Position numbers and translations under genes: made by a program
Assembly: GCA_039714535.1 (NCBI GenBank)
Contig: JBDLJC010000004.1
Location: forward strand, 5,693 to 69,692
Source of the DNA: Thermodesulfobacteriota bacterium
GTDB taxonomy: Bacteria; Desulfobacterota; Desulfobulbia; Desulfobulbales; JAGXFP01
DNA length: 64,000 nt
Direction: 5' to 3'
Shown here: positions 18,280 to 28,299 of the stretch, in pieces
Layout of the letters: each line of letters begins with the position of its first letter
How positions within the stretch are numbered: position 1 is the first letter of the stretch
The notes under the pieces: generated by a model
The model's input: the letters and a program-made list of their open reading frames with translations, nothing else
Databases searched by the model: none
What the model was told of the DNA's origin: nothing

Positions 18280-19881
18280 ATGAATATGCAGGCACAAGGC
18301 CCTCAATATTTTCCGGCTCCACATGTCACGGCAGCGAACAGTTCGCTGCGGGATATTCTCATTGTTCTGTTCCGTCGAAAAAAAGAGTTTCTCCTCTTCT
18401 CCGGGGCCATCTTTCTGAGCGTGCTCTTCTTCACGCACCTCTCCCCCGAAATCTACCAATCGGAAGCAAAGGTGCTCATCAGGGTAGGCCGCGAGAGCCT
18501 TTCCCTTGACCCCACCATTGACGGACCGACCATACCGCTTTCCCAAAGCAGGGAGAGCGAAGTCAATTCCGAGTTGGCAATAATCAAAAGCAGACTCCTG
18601 GCGGAACAGGTTGTCGACAGCATCACGCCGGCAGCCTTTCTGGCTGGAGGAGAGCCTGAGTCAGACAGCGACGCAAGCCCAAACTTTCTCCGCACAGCGG
18701 TAGCCATCGTTAAGAAAGCCTTAAAGAGCGGGGGTTACATTTCCGGAAAAGACGAGGACCAACTTTTTGATCCCCTGAGGGAAAAAGCGATCGCCAAAAT
18801 GATCAACAACCTCAAGGTGGCAGCGGGACAGAAGAGCAACGTCATCATAGTCTCTTTCGAGGCCCCGACCCCACAGTTTGGCCGGGAAGTGCTCAACACC
18901 TTTCTGACTCTCTATCAGGACCACCACATCCAGGTTCACAGCGCCCATGCCCCGCCCCAGTTTTTCCAGGATCAGGTCGACAACCTTTTCGTGAAACTGC
19001 AGGAAAAAGAGAATGCTCTTGAAACGTTCCGGACCACCCACAACATCGCGTCTATCGCTATCCAAAAGGAAACGCTCTTTGCCCAGATCAGCCGGGTCAA
19101 GAGCGAAATCGCAGAAATAAACAGCCAGATAGCCGCCTCCAAGGCCCACAATGACTCCCTGGAGCAAGGACTACAGAGCCGGTCCCGGGAAGTTGAACTG
19201 GGACGGGTTGCCGGCAAAAAGAGCAGTACCTCCGATACAATTGAAGCACGCCTGTTTGATTTCCGCATAAAAGAGGCGGATCTCTCAGCCCGCTACCCGG
19301 ACAACCACAGAGAGCTCATGGAAGTGCGCGAACAGATCAGATTGGCGGAGTCGGCACTGAGCAGCGAAAAACAGAGCGATGAAGTCAGAACCGGAATTGA
19401 CCCGACCTACCAGGCAATGCAGCTCGCCCTGGAGACGGGGCGCGCCCAGCTCCAGGCCCAAATCGCCCGCCGGAAAAAGCTTGAGGAAGGCCTCAAGACC
19501 CCGAAAACGGAACTTGCCGCCCTGATCAAGAACGAGCCGACCGAAGCGAGAATGAATCGTGATGTCAGCCTGCTGGAAGAGGAATATCTGCGGTACCGCC
19601 AGGACGTGCAGCGCACCAATATCTCCAGAGCCCTGGATCTCGGCAAGATATCCAACCTGAGCATCATTCAGCCGCCAACCATGCCTCTGAAACCGATAAA
19701 ACCGAAAAAGGCCCTCAACCTCGGTCTCGGCTTTTTCCTGGCCCTCTTTGGCGGAATCACCCTTGCATTTTTTCTTGAGTATCACGATGACTCGCTGAAA
19801 ACAAACGAGGACGTGGCAAAACATCTTGGTCTTCCCGTGCTGGCCTCAGTCCCCTTTGAGGAGTCCCGCCTATGTATGTAA
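18280..19881 (+). CDS. Polysaccharide co-polymerase / chain-length determinant (GumC/Wzc membrane part)
   Basis: Two TM helices flanking a coiled-coil periplasmic region; YPDNH, PIKPKK, LGLPVLASVP. Confidence 0.88.
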   Translation: MNMQAQGPQYFPAPHVTAANSSLRDILIVLFRRKKEFLLFSGAIFLSVLFFTHLSPEIYQSEAKVLIRVGRESLSLDPTIDGPTIPLSQSRESEVNSELAIIKSRLLAEQVVDSITPAAFLAGGEPESDSDASPNFLRTAVAIVKKALKSGGYISGKDEDQLFDPLREKAIAKMINNLKVAAGQKSNVIIVSFEAPTPQFGREVLNTFLTLYQDHHIQVHSAHAPPQFFQDQVDNLFVKLQEKENALETFRTTHNIASIAIQKETLFAQISRVKSEIAEINSQIAASKAHNDSLEQGLQSRSREVELGRVAGKKSSTSDTIEARLFDFRIKEADLSARYPDNHRELMEVREQIRLAESALSSEKQSDEVRTGIDPTYQAMQLALETGRAQLQAQIARRKKLEEGLKTPKTELAALIKNEPTEARMNRDVSLLEEEYLRYRQDVQRTNISRALDLGKISNLSIIQPPTMPLKPIKPKKALNLGLGFFLALFGGITLAFFLEYHDDSLKTNEDVAKHLGLPVLASVPFEESRLCM

Positions 19882-21179
19882 ACTTTTACAATATGAAAAA
19901 AGCCCCTTTCCACATCACGCCGGACCCGGAGTTTCTCTATCTGAGTCCGAGCCATAAAGAGGCATTAGGGGCAATCATATACTGCATCGAAAAGAGAAAG
20001 GGCTTTGTCTCCGTTTTTGGCGAGGTGGGGACCGGCAAAACCACCATTGTCCGGTCGTATCTGGCCAAAAGTGACAGAAACAGAATAAAGCCGATCTATT
20101 TGTTCAACCCATCCGTAACGTTTGCGGAACTCCTGAAGACTGTTTTTCAGGAACTGGGGGTAGAACCGCATAATGACAGTGTATACGACATGGTGCGGCA
20201 GTTGCACACACTTCTGATCAAGCAGTACAGACAAGGCCGTAACATCGTGCTGATCATTGACGAAGCACAGAACATGCCGGTCGCCACTTTTGAACAGTTG
20301 CGTATTTTATCGAACCTGGAGACACCAAAGGCAAAGCTTCTGCAGATCATTCTGGTCGGCCAGCCTGAGCTAGCCGAAAAGCTGGCCGGAAAAGAACTGA
20401 GGCAGCTCAATCAGCGCCTTGCCATTCGAGCAACATTATTACCCCTTTCAGCCAAGGAAAGTCTAGATTACGTCCTCTTTCGCCTGTCAAAAGTCACACC
20501 ATCGCCCCGCGACATTTTCACCACTGGAGCGCTCAAAAAAATCATAAAAGCGGCACAAGGGTTACCACGAATGCTCAACATCCTGTGCGACAATGCGCTC
20601 ATTGCGGGATTTGGCTACAAGGAAAAACGGATCACCGGCTCAATTGTCAAGCAGGTCATCGCTGATTTTGAAGGGAAAGGCCGCACGTCGTTTCTCACCT
20701 GGAAGTATGCCTCCCTATTTGGGGCTTTTCTGCTTTCTGTAACTGCCTTGCACGAGATGCATGCATTCCTTCCCTCTACCCAATACAGTTTAGGTCTAAT
20801 TGAACAACGACCTGCAACCAGCAGGCTGGCCCAGATTGAAACAAAAGCCTTGCGGGAGCAATTGCTTCCTGCCCCAGAGATAGACCGTTCGGAAAACGTG
20901 GTAGAGATATCGTCTGTGCCAGAGAAGGACCATGATAACTTCGTCGTCTCCCCCCACTCCCCGATAGAGATTAAACCCGGATCAATAACACGAACAGTCA
21001 AAAGAGGAGAATATCTCTCCCAGATTTGCCTTGACATGTACGGTTTTGTCAATGGCCAGATCATTCAAGCAGTCAAGGAGAAAAACCCCCGCATCTTTGA
21101 TGCCGATCTAATCTTTATCGGTGACACGATTTTTTTCCCCGAACTCTTAATAGCAGGAAGAAGACAGACGGATTCCTAA
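19872..21179 (+). CDS. ExeA/GspA-like AAA ATPase with TM helix and C-terminal LysM
   Basis: PFHITPDPEF, GEVGTGKTT, IIDEAQN, LSNLET, LVGQPEL; TVKRGEYLSQI...NP.I.D.DLI..G LysM. Confidence 0.88.
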   Translation: MYVNFYNMKKAPFHITPDPEFLYLSPSHKEALGAIIYCIEKRKGFVSVFGEVGTGKTTIVRSYLAKSDRNRIKPIYLFNPSVTFAELLKTVFQELGVEPHNDSVYDMVRQLHTLLIKQYRQGRNIVLIIDEAQNMPVATFEQLRILSNLETPKAKLLQIILVGQPELAEKLAGKELRQLNQRLAIRATLLPLSAKESLDYVLFRLSKVTPSPRDIFTTGALKKIIKAAQGLPRMLNILCDNALIAGFGYKEKRITGSIVKQVIADFEGKGRTSFLTWKYASLFGAFLLSVTALHEMHAFLPSTQYSLGLIEQRPATSRLAQIETKALREQLLPAPEIDRSENVVEISSVPEKDHDNFVVSPHSPIEIKPGSITRTVKRGEYLSQICLDMYGFVNGQIIQAVKEKNPRIFDADLIFIGDTIFFPELLIAGRRQTDS

Positions 21180-21193
21180 GGAAGGTAACAACG

Positions 21194-21973
21194 ATGACCA
21201 AAATTTTTGAAGCATTAGAGTCTGCTGGCCTTGAACAGTACAACCTGCGAAAAACAGAGGAAAGGGTTGTGCCCGTTGTGCCCTATCAGCAACGGGCTGC
21301 ATTAACCCCGGCACGGTACGCCGAAACAACTGTCACGCCTTCTACAGGGAAAGACGTAAGCACCGCAAGCAGCCTCTATCAGAGTATGGTTATGCTTCTT
21401 CCCGACAGGGAGAGCAGAATTGTGCAGTTCCAGGGAACCCAGCAAGGAGAAGGAACAAGCACTCTGGTACGTGAACTTGCCTGTCTTGCCGCCATAAAAC
21501 TGAAAAAAAAGGTTCTGCTGCTGGACATGAACCAGATGACGCCGAACCAATGCAGTTTCTTTCATGTCCAGTCCGAGTTGCCCCCGCTTGACGTATCACA
21601 CCAGGCAAGACTGACAAAGAAGGACTTTGCCAGAATTGACAAATCATCCCTCTATGTAACTCAACTGCCCGCCCGCGGCATTCCGGCCAGCATCATTTGC
21701 GAAATGCCCCAGATCGGTCCGCTGCTTGATGGTCTCAAAGAGGAATTTGAACTGGTCCTTATCGACTCGCCAGCAGCAATCAGCTGCTCCGAATATCTTC
21801 TGCTCTCCCCGAAAGTTGATGGGGTTGTTCTGGTGGTGCAGGCGGAGAAGACCCGCTGGCAGACGGTGGACAAGGTAAAAGAGCGCATTTTGGCCCAGGA
21901 TGGCAACATTCTGGGGGTTGTTCTAAATAAACGACGCTATCCGATACCCAACTTCATATACAAAAGGATCTAA
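21194..21973 (+). CDS. CpsD/CapB-type BY-kinase domain protein (degenerate Walker A)
   Basis: MTKIFEALE, GEGTST, VLLLD, VLIDSP, VDGVVLVV, LGVVLN. Confidence 0.85.
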   Translation: MTKIFEALESAGLEQYNLRKTEERVVPVVPYQQRAALTPARYAETTVTPSTGKDVSTASSLYQSMVMLLPDRESRIVQFQGTQQGEGTSTLVRELACLAAIKLKKKVLLLDMNQMTPNQCSFFHVQSELPPLDVSHQARLTKKDFARIDKSSLYVTQLPARGIPASIICEMPQIGPLLDGLKEEFELVLIDSPAAISCSEYLLLSPKVDGVVLVVQAEKTRWQTVDKVKERILAQDGNILGVVLNKRRYPIPNFIYKRI

Positions 21974-21988
21974 GAACGGAGGCCGCGT

Positions 21989-23179
21989 ATGTCTCTCTCC
22001 AGCATGTTCAAATGGTTTTATGCACCTGCAGCGCACGGACAAGAGAAGCGTACCGACAACATTTGCGGAGAAAAAGAATTTCTGCGCGTACTGGCACGGG
22101 AACGCGCCCGGGCAGAACGGAGCGCCCACCAGTTTTCCCTGATCGTCTTTGAAACCAGGTGCGGGAAACAGAGCAGCAATGTCCAAACCCATCTTCTGGA
22201 TGAGTTGTGCTCACGCATGCGGACAACGGACGAAGCCGGGTGGCTCCGGCAAAACCGGATCGGGGCCATCCTGCACAATGCCACTGCCCATAACGCCTGG
22301 AGTTTCGCCAAAGACATCCAGATGTCTTTGCTTTCCGACGACACCCAACTTCTCTGCAAAGTATACAGTTACCCGCCGCCGCAAAAAAACGATACCAAGA
22401 GTGATGGGAAAGCACCTGAAAAACAGGTGGCGGAGGCCAACGCTGGGCAGCAGTTCAACCGCGACTGTTCCATAGAAGAGTTGCAGCCGCACTACACCAA
22501 AAAAATAACCCGAAAGAAACGGTGCCTTGATCTTTTTGGCTCGCTGCTTGGCCTGATCATCCTTTCCCCGCTCTTTATGATTTTATGGTGTGTGATCAAA
22601 TCTGTCTCTCCGGGGCCGGCCATTTACAGGCAGACCAGAATCGGATTGGGAGGGAGACCATTTACCTTCCTGAAGTTCCGAACCATGGCAATCGACGCCG
22701 ACACTACCGATCATCGCAAGTATCTGTCCTCCTTGATCCAAGGGGAAGAAGGTCAGCAGAACTGCTCCCAGGCCATGATCAAGCTCGATGACAACAACTG
22801 CAACATAATATTATTCGGGAAATTGATTCGAAAAACCTATCTCGATGAGCTTCCCCAGTTGTTTAACGTGCTGCTGGGCGACATGAGTCTCATCGGCCCG
22901 CGGCCACCGATACCGTACGAAGTTGAAGAATACCAGCTCTGGCACACTAACCGTTTTGATACGACACCAGGAATGACCGGTCTGTGGCAGGTCAGCGGCA
23001 AAAACAGGCTTACTTTCGACCAGATGGTCCGATTGGACATCCAGTACATCCGCAAGCAGTCCTTCTGGATGGACCTCAAAATCTTGCTCATGACCCCCAT
23101 GGTCATAGCATCAGAACTCAAAAGAAGTCTGAACAAGATAGAACAACTAGGGATCGGGGCGAAAGAAATAAAGCTCTAG
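21989..23179 (+). CDS. Priming phosphoglycosyl transferase (Bac_transf) with N-terminal degenerate GGDEF domain
   Basis: KRCLD, SPGPAIYRQ.RIG, KFRTM, RKTYLDELPQLFNVLLGDMSLIGPRP, PGMTGLWQVSG; N-terminus FLRVLARERARAER..FSLIVF..RTTDEAGW. Confidence 0.9.
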   Translation: MSLSSMFKWFYAPAAHGQEKRTDNICGEKEFLRVLARERARAERSAHQFSLIVFETRCGKQSSNVQTHLLDELCSRMRTTDEAGWLRQNRIGAILHNATAHNAWSFAKDIQMSLLSDDTQLLCKVYSYPPPQKNDTKSDGKAPEKQVAEANAGQQFNRDCSIEELQPHYTKKITRKKRCLDLFGSLLGLIILSPLFMILWCVIKSVSPGPAIYRQTRIGLGGRPFTFLKFRTMAIDADTTDHRKYLSSLIQGEEGQQNCSQAMIKLDDNNCNIILFGKLIRKTYLDELPQLFNVLLGDMSLIGPRPPIPYEVEEYQLWHTNRFDTTPGMTGLWQVSGKNRLTFDQMVRLDIQYIRKQSFWMDLKILLMTPMVIASELKRSLNKIEQLGIGAKEIKL

Positions 23180-23287
23180 TCGAGGATGATACAAACCTAA
23201 ACCAGACGGATTTTTCCAGAAGACATTGTCTGGAAACGGCCACAAATTTTGGAATAGATTGTCGCAAACAAAGGGGAGCTTAAAAAT

Positions 23288-24313
23288 ATGACGGCACAAA
23301 AGATCAATATCGCTGTTGCAGGTTGCGGCTACTGGGGACCGAATATTATCCGCAGCTTTCATTCTCTGCCAAATTGTCATGTAAAAACGGTCTGCGACAT
23401 GGCAACAGAACGCCTAACCCACATCGGAAAACTATACCCGGGAACCAAAACAACATGCAGCTATGAAGAGTTATTGAAAGACAAGGACTTAGATGCCATC
23501 GCCATCGCCACACCGGTACGTTTTCACTATAAAATGGCCAAGGAAAGCCTGTTGGCCGGCAAACACACCTTCGTGGAAAAACCGATGGCCACAAGTGCAA
23601 AAGAGTGCGAAGAACTCATCCGGATTGCCAGAGAAAAGAAACTATCCCTCATGGTCGGCCATACCTTCGTCTACTCCGCGTCAGTCATGAAGATCAAGGA
23701 GATCGTAGAAGCCAGAGACCTTGGCGACGTTCTCTACATCAGCTCCCGCCGTTGCAACCTCGGCCTCTATCAGACGGACATCAATGTTGCCTGGGACCTG
23801 GCCCCCCACGACATCTCCATTATCCTCTACATCCTCAATCAGATGCCGATAAGTGTCAACTGCCAGGGCAAGGCCCATGTGAACAAAAAAATTGAAGATG
23901 TCACCAACATGACTTTGAACTACAGCAACGGCGGCTTCGCCACCATTCAAAGCAGCTGGCTTGACCCCAACAAGGTCAGGGAGATGACCTTTGTGGGCAG
24001 CAAGAGAATGCTTGTCTACAACGATCTCGAAGCCATGGAAAAAATAAAAATATATGACAAACGGGTCGAAACGCCGCCCCATTATGACACCTTTGCGGAT
24101 TTCCAGTACTCCTATCACTACGGTGATTCATACTGCCCTTATGTCAAACAGAAAGAACCCCTGCTCGTGGAAACAGCACACTTCCTCGACTGCATAAGCA
24201 ACGGCCACAAACCTTGTTCCTCGGGGAAAGAGGCCTTGGATGTTATTCAAATTCTCGAAGCTGCGTCCAAATCCCTTAAAAACGGGGGGGGGCAGATTTC
24301 TGTCGCTTCCTAG
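23288..24313 (+). CDS. Gfo/Idh/MocA oxidoreductase (WbpB/WlbA-like sugar 3-dehydrogenase)
   Basis: GCGYWG, ATP..H, VEKPM, WDLAPHD. Confidence 0.88.
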   Translation: MTAQKINIAVAGCGYWGPNIIRSFHSLPNCHVKTVCDMATERLTHIGKLYPGTKTTCSYEELLKDKDLDAIAIATPVRFHYKMAKESLLAGKHTFVEKPMATSAKECEELIRIAREKKLSLMVGHTFVYSASVMKIKEIVEARDLGDVLYISSRRCNLGLYQTDINVAWDLAPHDISIILYILNQMPISVNCQGKAHVNKKIEDVTNMTLNYSNGGFATIQSSWLDPNKVREMTFVGSKRMLVYNDLEAMEKIKIYDKRVETPPHYDTFADFQYSYHYGDSYCPYVKQKEPLLVETAHFLDCISNGHKPCSSGKEALDVIQILEAASKSLKNGGGQISVAS

Positions 24314-24325
24314 AGACACGATACC

Positions 24326-24820
24326 ATGCAAATAATATCATCTGATGTCCGCCTCGGCCATGACGTGAAAATCTCTGAGTTTGTCAATCTGTACGGCTGT
24401 GTGGTCGGCGACAAGACCAAAATCGGCCCATTTGTTGAGATTCAAAAAGGGGCGCGCATAGGCGCATCCTGCAAAATTTCGAGCCACACCTTTATTTGTG
24501 AAGGTGTGGCAATTGAAGACCGGGTCTGCGTCGGCCACAGCGTCACTTTCATTAACGACAAATACCCCCGTGCGACCACCAGGGATGGCCAGCTGCAAAC
24601 AGAAGCCGACTGGGTCTGCGAGACCATTCAGGTACAACAGGGGGCCTCCATCGGTTCCGGGGCGGTCCTGCTGGGAGGGATTACCATAGGAGAAAACGCG
24701 ATCGTCGGCGCGGGCAGCGTTGTCACAAAAGATGTGCCGAAAAACACTATTGTGGCCGGCAATCCAGCTCGAATTTTACAACAGGCAAAGGACAATGACG
24801 ATGAAAGTACCTCTTCTTGA
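24326..24820 (+). CDS. Hexapeptide-repeat N-acetyltransferase (WbpD/WlbB-like)
   Basis: EIQKGARIG..CKISSHTFICEGV, FINDKYPRA, VGAGSVVTKDVP..VAGNPAR. Confidence 0.88.
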   Translation: MQIISSDVRLGHDVKISEFVNLYGCVVGDKTKIGPFVEIQKGARIGASCKISSHTFICEGVAIEDRVCVGHSVTFINDKYPRATTRDGQLQTEADWVCETIQVQQGASIGSGAVLLGGITIGENAIVGAGSVVTKDVPKNTIVAGNPARILQQAKDNDDESTSS

Positions 24821-25904
24821 TCTGAAACACCAATACGAAATCATCCAAAAGGAAGCCCTCGCTGCGATTGCCAAAGTGCTGGACTCAACATCATTTGCAG
24901 GCGGCCCCTTTGTGGAACAGTTTGAAAAACATTTCGCCGAGTTTTGTCAATGCCGGTATGCCGTCGGGGTCGGCAGCGGCACCGACGCCCTCTGGATCGC
25001 CCTGCGTGGGCTTGGGGTCGGAAAGGGAGATGAGGTTATTACCGTGCCAAACTCCTTTATTGCCACCGCAGAGGCAATCAGCCAATGCGGGGCCGTCCCC
25101 GTTTTCGTGGACATCGATGAAAAAACATACACCTTGAACCCGGCCCTGCTGGAAGCCGCCATCACCTCTCGAACCAAGGCAATCATCCCGGTCCACCTGT
25201 ATGGTCAGATGGCCGATATGGATCCCATTATGAGCATTGCCGCAAAGCACGGCCTGCAGGTTATAGAAGATGCAGCCCAGGCGCATGGGGCCGAATATAA
25301 AGGCCGGAGGGCCGGGTCCCTGGGCCGGGCCGGGTGCTTCAGCTTCTATCCCGGTAAAAATCTCGGGGCATACGGCGAGGCCGGGGCGGTAGTCACCAAC
25401 GATGAGAAACTGGCCGAACAGATGCGAATCTTTCGCGACCACGGCCAGCAACACAAATACCATCACACCGTCATCGGCTGGAATTCCCGCATGGACGGCA
25501 TCCAGGGGGCCATTCTGGATGTCAAACTGAAACATCTGCCGCTCTGGAATGAGGCGCGCCGAAAAAATGCCGAACTCTACACTACTCTGCTCGCGGATAT
25601 GAAGGGGGCGGTCCTGCCCCATGAAGCGGAATATGCCAGACATGTCTATCACATCTACCCGGTCCGCCTGAAAAACCGGGACCAGGTCCTCTCCCAATTA
25701 GCTGAAAAGAGCATCTCCTGCGGAATCCATTATCCGGTGCCCATCCATTTGCAACAAGCATATTCCGGTATGGGCCAGGACAAAGGGCTATTTCCAGTGA
25801 CGGAAAAATATGCCCGAGAGCAGCTCTCACTCCCTATGTTCCCGGAGTTGACCGAGCAACAGATCAGCTACGTGGTAGAGGAGATGAAACAAGTTATCAA
25901 ATAA
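24801..25904 (+). CDS. DegT/DnrJ/EryC1/StrS aminotransferase (WbpE/WlbC-like)
   Basis: VPLLDL, SGTDAL, PVHLYGQ, EDAAQAHG, FSFYPGKNLGAYGE, NSRMD, IHYPVP. Confidence 0.92.
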   Translation: MKVPLLDLKHQYEIIQKEALAAIAKVLDSTSFAGGPFVEQFEKHFAEFCQCRYAVGVGSGTDALWIALRGLGVGKGDEVITVPNSFIATAEAISQCGAVPVFVDIDEKTYTLNPALLEAAITSRTKAIIPVHLYGQMADMDPIMSIAAKHGLQVIEDAAQAHGAEYKGRRAGSLGRAGCFSFYPGKNLGAYGEAGAVVTNDEKLAEQMRIFRDHGQQHKYHHTVIGWNSRMDGIQGAILDVKLKHLPLWNEARRKNAELYTTLLADMKGAVLPHEAEYARHVYHIYPVRLKNRDQVLSQLAEKSISCGIHYPVPIHLQQAYSGMGQDKGLFPVTEKYAREQLSLPMFPELTEQQISYVVEEMKQVIK

Positions 25905-25974
25905 CCGGACGGCAATAGAAGGCAATAACGGCCATGCAGGCCGCAACCAAAAGAGAGACAAAATAGTAGACCCC

Positions 25975-27018
25975 ATGCCAAACCAGGTACAGATCATAAA
26001 CCCCGGCGACTCGCCCCGGTGGGACCAGCAGATGCTCGCCACCGGCAAGGCCTCTTTTTTTCATTCAGCCGCATGGGTAGCCACGCTTTCAGAAACATAC
26101 GGGTATGCGCCTTGTTACTTCGTATTAAGAACAGATGACAATAAGGTAAGAGCACTGGTGCCGCTGATGGAAGTACAGAGTTTCATTACCGGCAAGCGAG
26201 GAGTCTCCCTCCCCTTTTCAGACTACTGCGAACCTATCTGGGAGACAGCTGAAGATGCAGCCCAGCTCCTGACCTGCATCCTCAGCTATGGCAAAAAGCA
26301 GGGGTGGAAATACCTGGAGCTGCGGTCGGGCAAAAGAATGCCTGCCGGCCAGCCTGCGTCAAACACATTTTTGGGCCATACCCTGAATCTTTCCCTCGGA
26401 GAGAACGAGCTCTTTGCCTCTTTCCGGGAGAGCACCAGAAGAAATATAAAAAAAGCCGCGGCCTCCGAGGTCGTCTGCAAGACCAGCAAGAGCCTTCAAG
26501 CCATAGAGCAATTTTATGCCTTAAACTGTTTAACCAGAAAACGGCATGGTATTCCACCCCAACCCTTTTCCTTCTTCAAGAACGTCTATAAACACATCAT
26601 TTCCCAGGACAAAGGCGTCGTTGTCCTGGCCTCACACAAAAACAAAGTCATCGCCGGGGCTGTCTACCTTCATTTCGGCAGGCAGGCAATGTACAAATAT
26701 GGTGCCTCAAACGGTGATTACCAGCAACTGCGGGCCAATTATCTGGTCATGTGGCAGGCAATCCAGCTCTATTGCCAAAAAGGGTTTGAATCCCTGGACA
26801 TGGGAAGAACGGACCCGAAAAACAAAGGGTTGAACCAGTTTAAAAACGGCTGGAGCCCCCGAACCCAAGAGCTGGTTTATTATAAATATTCGCTCAAAAA
26901 ACCTCTTCCCCGCCAGGAGGAAAAGAACTTTCCATCCCTGAGAGAAAGGACTATGCAGCATCTGCCTGTTCCGCTCCTAAGGATGATTGGCGCCGTCGCA
27001 TACAGGCATGTTGCATAA
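25975..27018 (+). CDS. FemAB-like GNAT acyl/aminoacyl transferase
   Basis: SLPFSDYC, RRNIKKA, HGIPPQP, YKYGAS, DMGRT..GL.QFK.GW. Confidence 0.82.
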   Translation: MPNQVQIINPGDSPRWDQQMLATGKASFFHSAAWVATLSETYGYAPCYFVLRTDDNKVRALVPLMEVQSFITGKRGVSLPFSDYCEPIWETAEDAAQLLTCILSYGKKQGWKYLELRSGKRMPAGQPASNTFLGHTLNLSLGENELFASFRESTRRNIKKAAASEVVCKTSKSLQAIEQFYALNCLTRKRHGIPPQPFSFFKNVYKHIISQDKGVVVLASHKNKVIAGAVYLHFGRQAMYKYGASNGDYQQLRANYLVMWQAIQLYCQKGFESLDMGRTDPKNKGLNQFKNGWSPRTQELVYYKYSLKKPLPRQEEKNFPSLRERTMQHLPVPLLRMIGAVAYRHVA

Positions 27019-27035
27019 AACAGAGGTAAATAATC

Positions 27036-28001
27036 ATGGCCGTCCATACCCTCTACTACAATCTCAAAAAGTATATTCCCCGAACAATGCAGCTCTTTCT
27101 GCGCCGGCAGGCGGTGCTAGGCCAACGGCACTTGTGTGGCAAGGTCTGGCCCATTGATGAATCGGCCAAAACCAAACCAGCTTTCTGGCAAGGTTGGCCG
27201 GAACAGAAAAAATTCGCCCTGATCTTGACCCACGACGTGGATACGGCAAAAGGGGTTGAAAACTGCAAAGAGCTTATGACACTGGAGTTACTAATGGGGT
27301 TCCGCTCCTCTTTCAATTTTGTACCGGAACGCTACACCGTTCCAGCACAGCTTCGGCATAAACTGACCTCCAACGGTTTTGAGGTCGGCGTGCACGGTCT
27401 AAACCATGACGGCATGCTGTATCGCTCCAGAGAAATATTCCGGGCCCGGGCCAGGCGCATCAACCAATACATTGGAGAGTGGCAGGCGGCAGGCTTTCGT
27501 TCGCCATCGATGCACCATGAACTCGACTGGATCCATGATTTGAACATCGAGTACGATGCCTCCACCTTCGACACAGATCCCTTTGAGCCGCAATCCACCG
27601 GGGTCCGCACCATATTTCCCTTCTGGGTCCGGAACGGTTCACCAGAGAATGGCTATGTTGAATTGCCCTACACCCTGCCTCAGGATTTCACTCTCTTCGT
27701 GCTCATGGGCCAGAAAAATGTCGAAATATGGCAGAAAAAGCTGGACTGGATCGTGGCCAATCGCGGGATGGTCTTGCTGAATGTGCATCCGGATTATATG
27801 AATTTCTCCAAGGAAAAGAACGTGCTGGAAGAGTATCCAGCACGGTACTACCAACAGTTTCTCGAATACATCAAGGAACGATACGAAGGAGATTACTGGC
27901 ATGTTCTACCAAAGGATATAGCCAAATTGTTCAAACCCAAAAAGGTCAAAGGACCAAGAGCGTCTCTGGAAAACAGCTGGGGTAGACCCTGTCAAATGTG
28001 A
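27036..28001 (+). CDS. Polysaccharide deacetylase family (NodB-like) protein
   Basis: WPEQKKFALILTHDVD, EVGVHG..H, GFRSP, YDAS, ELPYT, HPDY. Confidence 0.8.
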   Translation: MAVHTLYYNLKKYIPRTMQLFLRRQAVLGQRHLCGKVWPIDESAKTKPAFWQGWPEQKKFALILTHDVDTAKGVENCKELMTLELLMGFRSSFNFVPERYTVPAQLRHKLTSNGFEVGVHGLNHDGMLYRSREIFRARARRINQYIGEWQAAGFRSPSMHHELDWIHDLNIEYDASTFDTDPFEPQSTGVRTIFPFWVRNGSPENGYVELPYTLPQDFTLFVLMGQKNVEIWQKKLDWIVANRGMVLLNVHPDYMNFSKEKNVLEEYPARYYQQFLEYIKERYEGDYWHVLPKDIAKLFKPKKVKGPRASLENSWGRPCQM

Positions 28002-28299
28002 AGGAGGGAGGGAAATATGTTCAGTAAAAATGAGAAACTCATGCTCCGGCAACAAAAAAGGGACCAACTGCTTCACAGCTTAAACAATGGTCCAAATTTA
28101 GAACCGCCAGCACTTGGACATCTTAAAACGGCCGACTACGTCCGGTGTGGTCATATCTCACAAGAATTGTGAGATTCCTGTTGCAAGTTTGCCTTTGTGC
28201 CAAAGCCATGGGCAAGAATATGAGGTAATAGGTTTGAATGGCCTCGCTAATCTAACCAATAGCAAATTACACGTTATTATTTATCGAATGGGTGCGCAC

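Noticed and set aside
19872-28001. Complete PEP-CTERM/exosortase system
   Set aside because: ExeA-like, FemAB-like and deacetylase genes resemble XrtA-associated sets, but no exosortase or PEP-CTERM tail was seen in the window.
28140-28205. Second GEMM riboswitch on minus strand (AAAGGCAAAC plus hairpin)
   Set aside because: It lacks the GNRA-capped P2, GACGCAAA and GGGTTRCC, and is antisense to the operon.
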